DNA from: Chitinophagaceae bacterium
GTDB lineage: Bacteria > Bacteroidota > Bacteroidia > Chitinophagales > Chitinophagaceae
Reading direction: 5' to 3'
DNA length: 46,408 bases
Assembly: GCA_013694745.1 (NCBI GenBank)
Contig: JACDBU010000006.1
Coordinates: 1 to 46,408 of the forward strand
Of this stretch, positions 1 through 9,246 are shown piece by piece (positions within the stretch are counted from its first letter, which is position 1; each line of letters opens with the position of its first letter). Under the pieces are notes generated by a model. That model searched no databases, had not been told where the DNA came from, and saw only the letters and a list, made by a program, of their open reading frames with translations. The translations under genes and the position numbers were made by a program.

Positions 1-21
1 TAGGCTGTCCGGTAAAAAAAG

Positions 22-29
22 TACTTTTG
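22..29 (+). promoter_or_regulatory. Bacteroidota sigma-A -7 element TACTTTTG (TAnnTTTG)
   Basis: Exact match to the TAnnTTTG consensus, directly ahead of a two-hairpin unit. The -33 element would lie at or beyond the window edge. Confidence 0.45.
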
Positions 30-33
30 TTCA

Positions 34-99
34 TATTATTAGTTTGTTTGGTCGTACTTACAAATCTAATAATACATTAGAGGCTTCGGCCTCTTTTTT
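34..99 (+). ncRNA. candidate small RNA (hairpin plus intrinsic terminator)
   Basis: Stem 34-47/60-74 (14 bp, one bulge) with loop TTGGTCGTACTT, followed by a terminator hairpin. No ORF. Confidence 0.4.
79..99 (+). terminator. intrinsic terminator AGAGGC-TTCG-GCCTCT-TTTTT
   Basis: Perfect 6-bp stem with a C(UUCG)G tetraloop and a U tract. Confidence 0.8.
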
Positions 100-138
100 A
101 TTTAATTTTACCGGACAGTAATGATTATTAATTAGTAA

Positions 139-2370
139 TTAGTAATTAGTACCCGCTACCTCCATCAAATAATTCGCAAGTCTCGAAATTGCCTGTGCAT
201 CAATGCTGATCTGGTCTTGCGCTTCTTTCCAGTTGCGCTGTTCAATGGCTTCGCGTATACCTGGTAAAGTTTTAACGCCATAACCGGTATAAAATCCGGG
301 AGCGTATAATGTATGTTTATACCAGCCGCGACGTGGCAGGCCGTTGGTAGATAAGAGTTGCTGTTCCGCACGATACAATGCTTTATTTAATGCATCATGA
401 TCAACATTTGTTGCAACAGCTTTGTTCCAAATAACTGATAAAGAATCACTGCTTTTCTGCAAGGCGGATAATGCATTTTGTAAGGGAGAAAAATCAAGAT
501 AAGGCACATCACTTTTCAGTTTTGGAACTATGTATGTTTTGGCAGGATCTGCAGCAAGTGTATATTCCTTTGAATTTATTAAGCGGTTATCCATTTCGGT
601 ATTTTCTTTTGTTTGCTGCAACAAGTCAATCAATTCTTTTGAATAATTATTCACGGTTGTATAAAGTATCCTGAAATCAAAAGGTAATATATCTGCCTGT
701 GCCATGCGTAAAGCCGCTCTGCCAGTGGTTTGCGCCAATGTAACGCCATAATAAAAACCCGGGTCTTTAAAGCGCACATAATTATCATACGAATCGTAAA
801 TAGAATGATACTCTCCCCCATTATCTTCTCCACCATATTCAACATCAAGCGATGGAACCCCGGCATGTTGCAGAAAGGAAGAAAAATCTGAGCCCGATCC
901 CAATGCCCCTAACTCCAGCGTTTTTTTATCCCAAATAGTTTTCCTTTCTTTTGTGTTCCCGGCATTGATCACTTCCTGTGCTTGTTTCCTTTCATACACG
1001 CTTACTTTTGTTTGCGGATCTGTCACCTCTTTTGAAACTTCATCAACCATTGATGTAAGCGCATGTGAGCCGGAGGCATTCAGAAATCCTCTTCCGCTTG
1101 CATCTGAATTAATATAAACTACGGCCTTTTGTTGTAATTCCGGGCCATGCATTTCTACCCATTCTGTTGAGCCAAGTAGTCCCGGCTCTTCTCCATCCCA
1201 GGAGCAATAAACCAATGTGCGTTTTGGTCTCCATCCACTTACAACCAATTCTCCTATCGACCTGGCCTCTTCAAGAAGCGCTGCCTGCCCACTTATCGGG
1301 TCACTTGCCCCATTCACCCATGCATCCTGGTGGTTGCCTCTTATTACCCACTCATCCGGAAACTGCGCGCCTTTCATCATGGCTATCACATCATAACACG
1401 GAACAATATCCCAGTTGAAGGCAAGCTGTAAATGCACTTTTGTTTTCCCCGGACCAACATGATAAGTAAATGGCAATCCACCCTGCCAGCCCGCAGGCGC
1501 CACAGCGCCTTCCAATGTTTCCAGTAAGGGTTTTGCATCATGATAACTTATGGGCAAAACAGGGATCTTCAAAAGATTTGTCGCCTGCAAATGATCCAGT
1601 CTCTTTGCATCTTCAGTTGCGCCCACGCCCGGTGTTAAAGGATCTCCCGGGTATATCACCATATCCATAACGGAACCTCTTTGCACCCCATATTCATTTT
1701 TAAATGCACCTTTGGGATATACATCACCCTGGGAATATCCGTCATCCTGGGGATCAGAATAAATAATGCAACCGATGGCGCCATGCTCCTGTGCAACTTT
1801 GGGTTTTATGCCCCGCCAGCTGCGGCCATATTTTGCGATCACAATTTTTCCTTTTACATCAACCCCAATGGCAGCAAGCTTTTCATAATCATCCGGCAAC
1901 CCGTAGTTCACGAAAACCAGTTCTCCCGTTACATCGCCATCCGCACTCCAGGCATTGTAGGTGGGAAGTTGGTCGGTTTGCCCGGATGTCATATCTTCTT
2001 TCAATGCAGGTTCTTTTAATAATGCTTTGTAAGATGTGGGCGCGATCATGTCAAGCAATCGTGTTTTTGGAGTTGGAAACAGCACATGAAAGGTTTCGAT
2101 CCTGGCATCCCATCCCCAGCTTTTATATTGCGATAAAATATATTCCGCATTCTCTTTGCTGCCGGGTGAGCCGATATTATGGGGCTTAGCAGACAGCCGC
2201 TTTATATTTTCGCCAATGTGTTCGCGTTTCAAACCTGCATCAAACTTCGTCTCCAATTGTAATTGCACCGGAACAGATGAAGGAGTAAATCCACTGATGG
2301 TCTTTTGTTGAGAAAAAGCATTGAACCCACAAAAAAAGGCAATGCCAATCATATAAATTTTGATTCTCAT
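139..2370 (-). CDS. M28 family peptidase (glutamate carboxypeptidase II / folate hydrolase-like; PA and TfR-dimer domains)
   Basis: Motifs GNHQDAW, GASDPISG, WDGEEPGLLGSTEW, GSGSDF and YHSIYD. The signal peptide favours a start at MRIKIY (2370) over 2403. Confidence 0.9.
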   Translation of the reverse strand: MRIKIYMIGIAFFCGFNAFSQQKTISGFTPSSVPVQLQLETKFDAGLKREHIGENIKRLSAKPHNIGSPGSKENAEYILSQYKSWGWDARIETFHVLFPTPKTRLLDMIAPTSYKALLKEPALKEDMTSGQTDQLPTYNAWSADGDVTGELVFVNYGLPDDYEKLAAIGVDVKGKIVIAKYGRSWRGIKPKVAQEHGAIGCIIYSDPQDDGYSQGDVYPKGAFKNEYGVQRGSVMDMVIYPGDPLTPGVGATEDAKRLDHLQATNLLKIPVLPISYHDAKPLLETLEGAVAPAGWQGGLPFTYHVGPGKTKVHLQLAFNWDIVPCYDVIAMMKGAQFPDEWVIRGNHQDAWVNGASDPISGQAALLEEARSIGELVVSGWRPKRTLVYCSWDGEEPGLLGSTEWVEMHGPELQQKAVVYINSDASGRGFLNASGSHALTSMVDEVSKEVTDPQTKVSVYERKQAQEVINAGNTKERKTIWDKKTLELGALGSGSDFSSFLQHAGVPSLDVEYGGEDNGGEYHSIYDSYDNYVRFKDPGFYYGVTLAQTTGRAALRMAQADILPFDFRILYTTVNNYSKELIDLLQQTKENTEMDNRLINSKEYTLAADPAKTYIVPKLKSDVPYLDFSPLQNALSALQKSSDSLSVIWNKAVATNVDHDALNKALYRAEQQLLSTNGLPRRGWYKHTLYAPGFYTGYGVKTLPGIREAIEQRNWKEAQDQISIDAQAISRLANYLMEVAGTNY

Positions 2371-2504
2371 ATAAATAGTTTTGTATGATTGAAGATAAGG
2401 CATTGGTATTATTTTTTATGCATGCAGATCAAATAACCAGGCTAAAATCTTTTCTCCTATATCAATTTTGCATTGTGCCATTCTTAGTTTAATTTTACAC
2501 CACA

Positions 2505-2605
2505 TTCGGGCGGATTTGTTTATTGTTCGGCCTGCATTGTTCCTGGTGATCACCGGGATAACTGAACTAATAAACGAAAACATATTCTGTTCCTACACAA
2601 CCAGG
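2505..2605 (+). promoter_or_regulatory. probable SAM-II (long-loop, Bacteroidota-type) riboswitch
   Basis: GCGGATTT at 2510-2517, TGCA at 2533-2536 and CTACACAA at 2593-2600, with nested hairpins between, in the leader of methionine synthase. Confidence 0.5.
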
Positions 2606-2746
2606 TCTCCAGGATTTAAAATTCGTTTAAAAGTTTGTGTGATTTTTTTAATGAGCTTTCACAACTTTGGTCATCTTCGTTGTGTCACTCACTTGTACTG
2701 CTTACCAATAGGCATCAATGAAGAAAACATAATTAAAATTTGTATC

Positions 2747-3778
2747 ATGAAAAAAACAATTCAGGAGTGTTTAAAAGAAAGGATATTAATAATTGATGGT
2801 GCCATGGGAACAATGATACAACGGTACAAGCTGGAAGAAAAAGATTATCGTGGTGAAAGATTCAAAGGCTGGCATTCGGATGTAAAAGGCAATAATGACC
2901 TGCTCAGTCTTACCCAGCCAAAGATCGTAGAAGAAATTCACAAACAATATTTAGAAGCAGGCGCAGATATTATTGAGACCAATACATTCAGCAGTACCTC
3001 AATTGCACAGGCTGATTATGATATGCAATCCCTGGCTTATGAATTAAATGTTGCTGCCGCAAAATGTGCAAGGGCTGCAATAAATGAATTTAACAATGGA
3101 CCACTGGCAACAGGTGAACCAAAATTTGTTGCAGGCGCGATCGGTCCGCTCAATAAAACATTAAGCCTTTCACCGGACGTAAATAATCCTGGTTACCGGG
3201 CGGTGACATTTGATGAAGTTGCTGCTGCTTATTATGAACAAATCAGGGGATTAGTAGATGGCGGTGTTGACCTGCTTTTGATTGAAACCATTTTTGATAC
3301 TTTAAATGCAAAAGCGGCGATCTATGCGATCAAAAAATATTTCAGGGAAACAAAACAAAAAGAGTTACCGGTAATGATTAGCGGAACAATAACTGATGCC
3401 AGCGGGCGCACGTTAAGCGGACAAACACTGGAAGCTTTTTACATTTCTGTTTCGCACGCGAATCCTTTAAGCGTTGGATTGAATTGTGCATTGGGCGCAA
3501 ATGAAATGCGTCCGCATGTTGAAGAGCTGAGCACACTTGCAAATTGTTATACATCAGCATATCCTAATGCAGGATTACCAAATGCTTTTGGCGAATACGA
3601 TGAGCAGCCACATGAAACTGCCCACATCATTGAAGAATGGGCAGCGCAAGGTTTTGTAAATATTGTTGGGGGTTGTTGCGGCACTACACCAGAGCATATA
3701 AAATGTATTGCTGAGCAGGTAAAGAAATATAAAACAAGAGAATTGCCTGTTTTGGAAAGTGAATTGGTTATTGTTTAA
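2747..3778 (+). CDS. metH: methionine synthase, N-terminal homocysteine S-methyltransferase module (split metH, part 1)
   Basis: Motifs [28 protein letters not shown] and GGCCGTTP (Zn ligands). Start moved to the ATG at 2747 (MKKTIQ). Confidence 0.93.
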   Translation: MKKTIQECLKERILIIDGAMGTMIQRYKLEEKDYRGERFKGWHSDVKGNNDLLSLTQPKIVEEIHKQYLEAGADIIETNTFSSTSIAQADYDMQSLAYELNVAAAKCARAAINEFNNGPLATGEPKFVAGAIGPLNKTLSLSPDVNNPGYRAVTFDEVAAAYYEQIRGLVDGGVDLLLIETIFDTLNAKAAIYAIKKYFRETKQKELPVMISGTITDASGRTLSGQTLEAFYISVSHANPLSVGLNCALGANEMRPHVEELSTLANCYTSAYPNAGLPNAFGEYDEQPHETAHIIEEWAAQGFVNIVGGCCGTTPEHIKCIAEQVKKYKTRELPVLESELVIV

Positions 3779-3785
3779 AAACATT

Positions 3786-3822
3786 GCCACAAATGTGCAA
3801 AAGCATTAAGTTTCACAAAGAA
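3786..3822 (+). repeat. 37-bp CACNAAG-periodic repeat, copy 1 (ends at the GxxExxY start codon)
   Basis: GCCACAAATGTGCAAAAGCATTAAGTTTCACAAAGAA; 31/37 identical to copy 2. Confidence 0.85.
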
Positions 3823-4217
3823 TGCAGGAAGAACATGAAATAATTTATCATAGAGAATGGTTAGGCAAACAAATTGTTGATAATGCTTATCACATTCATA
3901 AAGCTCTTGGACCCGGGTTATTGGAAAGCGTTTATGAAATATGTTTTTGTTATGAATTATCTAAACGAAGAATATCTTTTATTACACAGAAAAAAGTTCC
4001 AATAATCTATGACGACATTGAATTTACAGAAGGATTACGGTTGGATTTATTAGTTGATGACCTAATTATCATTGAATTAAAAGCACAAGAAAATTATCAC
4101 CCTGTTTGGGAAGCTCAATTATTGAGTTACTTGAAACTTTCTGATAAACATTTAGGATATATAATCAATTTCACAACACCCTTAATAAAAAATGGAATTA
4201 AACGAATGATACGATAA
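3822..4217 (+). CDS. GxxExxY protein (PD-(D/E)xK nuclease superfamily)
   Basis: HKALGPGLLESVY signature, RLDLLVDDLIIIELKA catalytic-type core and AQLLSYLK; 131 aa. Confidence 0.93.
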   Translation: MQEEHEIIYHREWLGKQIVDNAYHIHKALGPGLLESVYEICFCYELSKRRISFITQKKVPIIYDDIEFTEGLRLDLLVDDLIIIELKAQENYHPVWEAQLLSYLKLSDKHLGYIINFTTPLIKNGIKRMIR

Positions 4218-4223
4218 CGCTTG

Positions 4224-4310
4224 GCCACAAAGGCGCAAAGGCACTAAGTAACACAAAGAAAAAGCAAAAATTCTTCTTTGTGTTACTTAGTGTCTTGGTG
4301 TCTTTGTGGC
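4224..4310 (+). repeat. long hairpin: repeat copy 2 (4224-4260) and inverted copy 3 (4274-4310)
   Basis: GCCACAAAGGCGCAAAGGCACTAAGTAACACAAAGAA pairs with TTCTTTGTGTTACTTAGTGTCTTGGTGTCTTTGTGGC: 33/37 Watson-Crick pairs, 3 G.U pairs, 1 mismatch. Confidence 0.9.
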
Positions 4311-4354
4311 AAATCTTTATGGCAAATTCTTCTTGCATTTGCAATTATTAAAAA

Positions 4355-7060
4355 ATGGAAATAACTATACAACCTTTCTTACGTCTTGCTGGTTTAGAAC
4401 CTTTGATCGTTAGGCCGGAAACCAATTTTGTGAATGTGGGTGAGCGCACAAATGTTACCGGATCAAAAAAATTTGCAAGGTTAATTAGAGAAGATAAATA
4501 TGAAGAAGCACTTTCTGTTGCTAGACAACAAGTGGAAAATGGCGCTCAAATTTTGGATGTTAACATGGATGATGCCCTGCTGGATGGAGAAAAAGCGATG
4601 ACCACTTTTTTAAATCTTTTACAGGCAGAGCCGGATATTGCAAAGATCCCCATCATGATCGACTCTTCTAAATTTTCCATTATAGAAGCGGGATTAAAAT
4701 GTGTGCAGGGAAAGTGCATAGTGAATTCCATCTCCATGAAAGAAGGAGAAGAAAAATTTATTGAACAGGCATTTATTTGCAAAAGCTATGGCGCTTCTGT
4801 AGTGGTGATGGCCTTTGATGAAAATGGCCAGGCTGATACGCTTGATAAAAAAGTTACCATTTCTGAAAGAGCATATAACATCCTTACCCAAAAAGTTGGT
4901 TATAATCCGCAGGATATAATCTTTGATCCCAATATTTTCGCTATCGCAACCGGCATTGAAGAGCACAATAATTACGGCGTAGATTTTATTGAAGCCACCC
5001 GCATCATCAAACAAAAAATGCCGTTAACAAAAATAAGCGGCGGGGTTAGCAATGTTTCTTTTTCATTTCGCGGTAATGATACCGTGAGGGAAGCAATGCA
5101 TTCTGTGTTTTTGTTGTATGCGATAAAAGCCGGTATGGATATGGGTATTGTGAATGCAGGGCAATTGGTTATTTATGATGAAATAGAACCCGCGCTTAAA
5201 CAACTTTGTGAAGATGTGATACTGAACCGCAACCCTGATGCTACAGATAAATTACTGGCCTTTGCTGAAACCGTAAAAGCGAAAGGGAAGGTTGCTATAA
5301 AAGATGAAGCTTGGAGAAATGATCGGGTAGAAAAACGCTTGAGCCATGCACTGGTAAATGGCATAACCGATTTTATTGACGCAGATACAGAAGAGGCCCG
5401 GATCAAATATCCAAAGCCGTTGGATGTTATTGAAGGTCCGCTGATGGATGGCATGAACATAGTTGGTGATCTTTTCGGCAGCGGAAAAATGTTTTTACCG
5501 CAGGTGGTAAAAAGTGCGAGGGTAATGAAAAAATCGGTTGCTGTTTTAACCCCCTACATCGAAGCAGAAAAAGAAGAACGCCGCCTGGCGCACCTTGCCG
5601 CCGGTACTAAAAATGAAGAAGGCGCGGGAGCGGCAAAAATTCTTTTAGCAACGGTGAAAGGGGACGTACATGATATTGGTAAAAATATTGTTGGCGTTGT
5701 GCTGGGGTGTAATGGTTATGATATCATTGACCTGGGCGTGATGGTTTCGGCAGATAAAATTTTACAGACAGCGAAAGAAAATAATGTTGACATTATTGGT
5801 TTGAGCGGCCTGATCACACCCTCGCTTGATGAAATGGTGCACATAGCAAGAGAAATGAAACGCCGTAATTTTGATATTCCCTTATTGATCGGTGGCGCAA
5901 CTACATCGCGCATGCATACTGCCGTTAGAATTGCACCGGAATACGAGAATGGTGTCTTGCATGTACTGGATGCATCGCGCAGCGTAACCGCAGCAGGAAG
6001 TTTATTAAGCAAAGAACAAAAGACCGGATTTTTATCAGGCATAAAAAAAGAGTATGATAAATTAGTACTCGATTTTGGAAATAAAAAATCGGTAAAAAAT
6101 TATTTGCCTTTCTCTGCTGCGCAAAATAACGGCGCGAAAATAAACTGGGAAAACTTTATACCCGTTACTCCTTCATTTATAGGAACCAAAGCATTTGATG
6201 ATTACGACCTGGATGAAATTGCCGGTTACATTGACTGGCAGCCATTTTTTATCGCCTGGGAAATGCATGGAAAATTTCCGCAAATATTAAAAGATGAAAA
6301 AATTGGGAAAGAAGCTACGCAGCTTTTTGATGATGCAAAAAAATTACTGAAACAGATCATTGATGAAAAATGGCTGACCGCAAAAGGCGTTGTGGGTTTT
6401 TGGGAAGCATCCGCAACGGCACCGGATACCGTTTGTATTTACAGGGATGGAAAAGAAATAAACAGGTTAGAATTTTTACGGCAACAAATTAAAAAAGCGC
6501 CGGGTCAGCCTAATTTATCTCTGGCAGATTTTATAAAACCGGGACAGGGAGCCACCGATTTCATTGGCGCATTTGCAGTATCGATCCATGGCATAGAACA
6601 ACACATTCAAAAGTTTGAATCTGAACACGATGATTATAATAAAATAATCTTACAAGCGCTGGCCGACAGGCTGGCAGAAGCATTTGCAGAATTGCTGCAT
6701 GCAAAAACAAGAAAAGATTTCTGGGGTTATGCCACGGAAGAACATTTATCAACTACAGAACTTATTGAAGAAAAATATTTGGGTATCCGACCCGCACCGG
6801 GCTACCCGGCCTGCCCGGACCATACTGAAAAATATAAATTATTTGAACTGCTGAAAGCCACTGAAAATGCCGGGATAATGTTAACTGAATCGCTTGCAAT
6901 GTATCCTGCATCATCTGTTTGCGGCTGGTACTTTGCACATCCTGAAAGTAAATATTTCGGGGTAGGAAAAATTGCTGAAGACCAGCTTAAAGATTATACC
7001 AAAAGAAAAAATATGCCTTTGGAAGAAATGCAAAGATGGCTGCGGCCGGTACTGGAGTAA
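4355..7060 (+). CDS. metH: methionine synthase, pterin-binding, cobalamin-binding and activation domains (split metH, part 2)
   Basis: Motifs [18 protein letters not shown] (B12 His-on), SGLITPSL and [12 protein letters not shown]. Confidence 0.95.
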   Translation: MEITIQPFLRLAGLEPLIVRPETNFVNVGERTNVTGSKKFARLIREDKYEEALSVARQQVENGAQILDVNMDDALLDGEKAMTTFLNLLQAEPDIAKIPIMIDSSKFSIIEAGLKCVQGKCIVNSISMKEGEEKFIEQAFICKSYGASVVVMAFDENGQADTLDKKVTISERAYNILTQKVGYNPQDIIFDPNIFAIATGIEEHNNYGVDFIEATRIIKQKMPLTKISGGVSNVSFSFRGNDTVREAMHSVFLLYAIKAGMDMGIVNAGQLVIYDEIEPALKQLCEDVILNRNPDATDKLLAFAETVKAKGKVAIKDEAWRNDRVEKRLSHALVNGITDFIDADTEEARIKYPKPLDVIEGPLMDGMNIVGDLFGSGKMFLPQVVKSARVMKKSVAVLTPYIEAEKEERRLAHLAAGTKNEEGAGAAKILLATVKGDVHDIGKNIVGVVLGCNGYDIIDLGVMVSADKILQTAKENNVDIIGLSGLITPSLDEMVHIAREMKRRNFDIPLLIGGATTSRMHTAVRIAPEYENGVLHVLDASRSVTAAGSLLSKEQKTGFLSGIKKEYDKLVLDFGNKKSVKNYLPFSAAQNNGAKINWENFIPVTPSFIGTKAFDDYDLDEIAGYIDWQPFFIAWEMHGKFPQILKDEKIGKEATQLFDDAKKLLKQIIDEKWLTAKGVVGFWEASATAPDTVCIYRDGKEINRLEFLRQQIKKAPGQPNLSLADFIKPGQGATDFIGAFAVSIHGIEQHIQKFESEHDDYNKIILQALADRLAEAFAELLHAKTRKDFWGYATEEHLSTTELIEEKYLGIRPAPGYPACPDHTEKYKLFELLKATENAGIMLTESLAMYPASSVCGWYFAHPESKYFGVGKIAEDQLKDYTKRKNMPLEEMQRWLRPVLE

Positions 7061-7891
7061 TTAATAATATATTGTTACAAAACCCGAACCTCCGGGATAT
7101 GATGAGCCTATGGTAGAACCACCGCCACCGCCGCCGCCCGGTTGTTTTCCAGCACTTCCATCATATTGAAAAACCAAAGTATTTGCAGGTCTTCTAAAGG
7201 TTTCATTTCCACCTTTACCTTCTGTAAAATTTCTGAATGGAGAATTCCCTCCATCCCCATGTAAGAATTGTTCCCGTGATTCTGTTGTGCTATAATAAGA
7301 GGAATTATAAACAGTTGGATTTCCGCTTTCACCCGTCTGTCCTGTAAAATTTACGAATCCACCGCCATACTGAAAAATACCGCCATTACCACCACCAGTG
7401 GTGGAGCCTGGGCTTCCCCCAAGTGCAATTATGGTAGCGCCATATGATATTTGCGTACTATTACCACTACTGCCTGCACTGCCGCCTGTACCCACTGTTA
7501 CCGTTATTCCCGAAGAAGGAGTTACAATAAAATGTGCTTTCACATAGCCACCTGCGCCACCTCCACCGCCTGTATTTCCACCACCGCCGCCACCCCAACC
7601 TTCTACTAGTATGCTGGTAACCCCGGCCGGAACCGTCCATGTTTGACTTGAAAATAATGTTTCAAAATTTTTATAATCACAAAGATCTGACCAGGCAAGA
7701 TTGCCCACGCTATTTGTAGATAGAACCTGGTTGGGTTGCCCGGATACACCGTTTGCTTTTATAGTACCCGTTACATTAACATTGCCATTTACGTCTAACT
7801 TTTCTGCAGGAGAAGAATTACCGATTCCTACATTTTGTGAATAAATTTGTGATGAACTAATTAATAATATAAAAATTAAAATATTTTTCAT
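7061..7891 (-). CDS. secreted glycine-rich protein (NVGIG trimer-type repeat plus glycine-rich domain)
   Basis: Signal peptide, QNVGIGNSSPAEKLDVNGNV, WTVPAGVTSILVEGWGGGGGG and C-terminal GGSGFVTIYY. Confidence 0.7.
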   Translation of the reverse strand: MKNILIFILLISSSQIYSQNVGIGNSSPAEKLDVNGNVNVTGTIKANGVSGQPNQVLSTNSVGNLAWSDLCDYKNFETLFSSQTWTVPAGVTSILVEGWGGGGGGNTGGGGGAGGYVKAHFIVTPSSGITVTVGTGGSAGSSGNSTQISYGATIIALGGSPGSTTGGGNGGIFQYGGGFVNFTGQTGESGNPTVYNSSYYSTTESREQFLHGDGGNSPFRNFTEGKGGNETFRRPANTLVFQYDGSAGKQPGGGGGGGSTIGSSYPGGSGFVTIYY

Positions 7892-8170
7892 GGTATTGTT
7901 TTAAAATTCATTCTAAGGTAAAAATAATCAGGTATAATTAATATTAAAATGCTTACTATTTTATTATAAATAAGCTACAAAAAGATGGAACCTTTTAAAG
8001 TTAATGCTGCAATAAAATAATGTATTACGGTAATGCCTTATGTGCTTATCATACCCAGGCTGGTAAAATTCATTTTCAGAAAATAAGTTTCATCATTTTT
8101 TGCCCTGATTCGGCTAAATTATTTCCATGGAAGTTTATTTCATAATAATATTCAATTAATTTCATCCATT

Positions 8171-8938
8171 ATGCGTATCATTTCTTATAACGTCAACGGC
8201 ATTCGTGCTGCCATAAAACGAGGCTTTATTGATTGGTTAAAAACCAACCCGGCTGATGTTATTTGTTTGCAGGAAGTAAAAGCCCATCTTAGCGATATAC
8301 CTGTTGAAATAATTGAAGCAACCGGATATAAATCTTATTGGTTTTGTGCACAGAAAAAAGGTTATAGCGGTGTTGCAATTCTTACTAAAATAAAAGCTGA
8401 AAATGTAGTGTATGGCAGCAGCATTGAGCAAAGCGATTTTGAGGGAAGGGTTATCCGTGCTGACTTTGGTAAGGTAACATTAGTGAATGCTTATTTTCCA
8501 TCCGGAACCAGCGGAGCGCACAGGCAGGCTTATAAATATATTTGGCTCGAAGAATTTTTGCAATACCTGAATGATCTCAGGAAAACGAGAAAGAAAATAA
8601 TTGTGTGTGGCGATTACAATATCGCACATAAAGAAATAGATATTCATAACCCCGTTTCAAACAAAAAAACAACCGGTTTTTTACCGGAAGAAAGAGCCTG
8701 GTTGGATAAATTTTTAGAAAATGATTTTGTTGATGGATTCCGTCATTTAAATAAAGAACCACATCAGTATACGTGGTGGAATGTGCTGCGGCCCACAACC
8801 AGGCTTGAAAATAAAGGATGGCGGATAGACTATATTAATGTTACCCGCAATTTAAAAAATAATATCAGGGCCGTTAAAATTTTCCCGGAAGTAAAACACA
8901 GTGATCATTGCCCTGTTTATCTTGAATTAAAATCCTGA
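8171..8938 (+). CDS. xth: exodeoxyribonuclease III
   Basis: Motifs SYNVNGIRA, CLQEVK, GYSGVAI, GDYNIAH, GWRIDY and SDHCP. Confidence 0.95.
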   Translation: MRIISYNVNGIRAAIKRGFIDWLKTNPADVICLQEVKAHLSDIPVEIIEATGYKSYWFCAQKKGYSGVAILTKIKAENVVYGSSIEQSDFEGRVIRADFGKVTLVNAYFPSGTSGAHRQAYKYIWLEEFLQYLNDLRKTRKKIIVCGDYNIAHKEIDIHNPVSNKKTTGFLPEERAWLDKFLENDFVDGFRHLNKEPHQYTWWNVLRPTTRLENKGWRIDYINVTRNLKNNIRAVKIFPEVKHSDHCPVYLELKS

Positions 8939-8940
8939 TC

Positions 8941-9246
8941 ATGATTGTTTATAATATTACGGTAAAGGTTGAAAATGAAATTTCTGCGGAATGGGTGCAG
9001 TGGCAGTTAACAGAACATATTCCCGAAATTATGGCCACCGGGCTTTTTACAAATCACCAGTTTTTTAAATTGCTCGACCAGGATAGTGAAGATGGTGTTA
9101 CCTATGTATCCCAGTATTTTACCAACAGCAGGAATAATTATGATGCATATATAAAAAATTTCTCGGGGGAACTTAGAAATAAAGCGATAAATAAATGGGG
9201 AAACCGCTTTATCGCCTTTCGTACTTTGATGCAATCTGTGCAGTAA
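8941..9246 (+). CDS. DUF4286 family protein
   Basis: MIVYNIT...EHIPEIM...TYVSQY...F.AFRT pattern, typical of this Bacteroidota family. Confidence 0.75.
   Translation: MIVYNITVKVENEISAEWVQWQLTEHIPEIMATGLFTNHQFFKLLDQDSEDGVTYVSQYFTNSRNNYDAYIKNFSGELRNKAINKWGNRFIAFRTLMQSVQ

Noticed and set aside
2468-2746. 93-codon N-terminal extension of the first metH ORF
   Set aside because: TTG start with no MetH-like sequence; it runs through the structured leader. Homology begins at ATG 2747.
3085-3122. Possible degenerate heptamers inside metH ([10 protein letters not shown] loop)
   Set aside because: The periodicity is too weak to distinguish from chance.
3778-4355. metH as a disrupted pseudogene
   Set aside because: Both halves are intact, break at a domain boundary and keep their catalytic motifs; split metH is normal in this phylum.
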